This document shows, one piece after another, positions 62,529 through 64,000 of a DNA stretch of 64,000 bases. Every line of letters starts with the position of its first letter. The first letter of the stretch is position 1. The stretch is taken from positions 32,001-96,000 of the IMG/VR virus record IMGVR_UViG_3300027804_000039. The stretch is one strand, 5' to 3'. Under the pieces are notes generated by a model. It saw only the letters and a program-made list of their open reading frames with translations. It ran no database searches and was not told the DNA's origin. A program made the position numbers and the translations under genes. Source of the stretch: a virus.

Positions 62529-63523
62529 TTTTTTGATGCTAACAACATGCCTAGTCTACGACTATACTCAATGCTTTCTCTTTTTTCTCTGCCTACTTCT
62601 GGTGCTGGAGGTGTCATTTCTTCTCCGCCTGGCATGCCGCCTGGTGCTGGAGGAGCTTCTGCTCCAAGTTCATCACCTAATCCTGCTGCTGCTTGATCCA
62701 TTGGACCTGCTGGAGCTCCCATAGTTGATACTTCACCGCCTGATACAATTGAAAGTGCGTTTGATAGGCCTTGACGGCTAGTTTCTAGTGCTGTGTAAAT
62801 TGCTTCTAATGCTGGCTTTACTGCCTCTTGATATGATTGGGCTACATCACTGCCCTGTGTTTCTCTTATAGAGTCTAATAATTCTAATAGCTGTTCAGCT
62901 TTCATTGCCGCTACGTCTTCTAGCCAACCAGTAATACGGTCGACCATATCTTTAGTAGCCATGATAGTTTCGGCTTTGCTTTCTTCGCCTTCCAAAAGCA
63001 TCCAACTTGCTCGGCTTTCATTAATATCGTAACGAATCTTTAGTTCTGCCTTTAGTTCTTCTTTGTCAGCTTCGCCTAACTGAATTCTTTTTAGAGCACT
63101 CTCGATCCAGCTTTCAGGAACAGATTCGCTCATTGCACGTTTACGGATAGTTGCCCAGTATACGTTCTCGCCTTTTTCTTTGCCGTATTGTTTTTTCATA
63201 GACGCCTTCATATCTGACTTGTCTGTTTTCTTCTTAATATCTTTTTCTTTGCTTTTTTCAGCTGGTGTCATTTCGCGTTCTAGAATCTCTTGATTAATGC
63301 AATCTAGCATTAAACGTGTTTTTTGATACTGTGGGCTTTCAAGCACAGAATCAAATGCTTCTGAAAGCTCCATTTGACTTAGTCTAGTGCGAAGCTTGTT
63401 ACGTGCATCTTCAAGTTGCACGTCTGAAAACTGTTCGAAGTTAATGGTATAGCCAAACTTCTTAGCTAGGTTTTCATTTAGTACCTTTGAGGTAATTGGT
63501 TTTTGAAATTCTCTAATTTGCAT
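62522..63523 (-). CDS. Hypothetical acidic coiled-coil protein (possibly head assembly)
   Basis: 333 aa, Pro/Gly/Ala-rich linker, ends TCA AAA AAA AAG TAA. Confidence 0.8.
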   Translation of the reverse strand: MQIREFQKPITSKVLNENLAKKFGYTINFEQFSDVQLEDARNKLRTRLSQMELSEAFDSVLESPQYQKTRLMLDCINQEILEREMTPAEKSKEKDIKKKTDKSDMKASMKKQYGKEKGENVYWATIRKRAMSESVPESWIESALKRIQLGEADKEELKAELKIRYDINESRASWMLLEGEESKAETIMATKDMVDRITGWLEDVAAMKAEQLLELLDSIRETQGSDVAQSYQEAVKPALEAIYTALETSRQGLSNALSIVSGGEVSTMGAPAGPMDQAAAGLGDELGAEAPPAPGGMPGGEEMTPPAPEVGREKRESIEYSRRLGMLLASKKK

Positions 63524-63552
63524 GATTCTGTCCTAGAAATCTTATTACGTAT

Positions 63553-64000
63553 TTATACGAAACTCCATTTAAACATCCTGGAAATTTCATCCTGGTAGTA
63601 CTGTTTTCGTAAGTTACTCTCTTCTAATCTATTTAACAAAATTAGAAAACGCTCTAATTCTTTTGCAGTCTTGATGTTGTTCTGGAACACTATACTATCT
63701 GTGTAGTTAGCCCAGTAAAGTGTGTCTAAGCGTTTGATTTCTTGAAACTTTTCCAAGTTAACTTGATAGTACGCCTTGGCCGCTAGCAGAGCACATGTTT
63801 TTAAGTAGAATTCTTCTACATACATTTTGTTTCTACGATTGAGTATTGCCCAGTTGCCCTTAGTTGTCTTTTTTACAATGTAATCTTTGTAAGCTATACT
63901 ACCATCGGCCAACACAGTAAGCTGCAGGGTTTTGCCAAATTCTGAAGTAAGATCTTTGGCCAGCTCTTTTATTCTAATAGTGGGCGTTTTACGAGTTGAT
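63553..64000 (-). CDS. Hypothetical protein (5' end beyond window)
   Basis: Reading frame remains open upstream of the track start up to the window edge. Confidence 0.6.
   Translation of the reverse strand, partial: STRKTPTIRIKELAKDLTSEFGKTLQLTVLADGSIAYKDYIVKKTTKGNWAILNRRNKMYVEEFYLKTCALLAAKAYYQVNLEKFQEIKRLDTLYWANYTDSIVFQNNIKTAKELERFLILLNRLEESNLRKQYYQDEISRMFKWSFV

Overview
A 64-kb slice of a large T4-like dsDNA myophage, almost entirely coded on the minus strand. It carries rIIA/rIIB, NrdAB plus glutaredoxin, sigma70-type early promoters and ATAAATA late-promoter motifs. The probable host is a (beta)proteobacterium, possibly a methylotroph; this is inferred from the tmRNA tag, DnaK, IscU and a PqqA peptide. 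The window holds a ~6.6-kb array of 39 tRNAs, a separate amber (CUA) tRNA, a two-piece tmRNA and many auxiliary genes: rpoZ, TraR/DksA, HldE halves, AhpC/D, TerC, a Csg/curlin-FecR-autotransporter-CHASE2 cyclase module, heme oxygenase plus bilin reductase, ClpS/Hsp20/DnaK, bS21 and IscU/IscA. Two candidate undescribed systems stand out. (1) A Ro60/TROVE-like DUF2828-vWA gene has three tandem RNAs in its leader and six more in the tRNA array. All nine share a covarying 7-bp stem followed by NNN-CAGCAA and carry different cargo: circularly permuted tRNA mimics, isolated anticodon stem-loops, and one tRNA with the module in place of its anticodon loop. (2) A transcription attenuator sits in front of the tRNA array, and its 52-codon leader contains all 20 amino acids and 37 distinct codons. 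Other RNA/DNA-level signals missed by the ORF track are two identical TCA-AAA-AAA-AAG -1 frameshift sites, a Mn2+ (yybP-ykoY) riboswitch, ROSE-like thermometers on hsp20 and dnaK, an OxyR-like box on ahpC, and a peptide ORF inside the tmRNA intervening segment. All calls were made by eye, with no database searches or folding software; functional roles are hypotheses.
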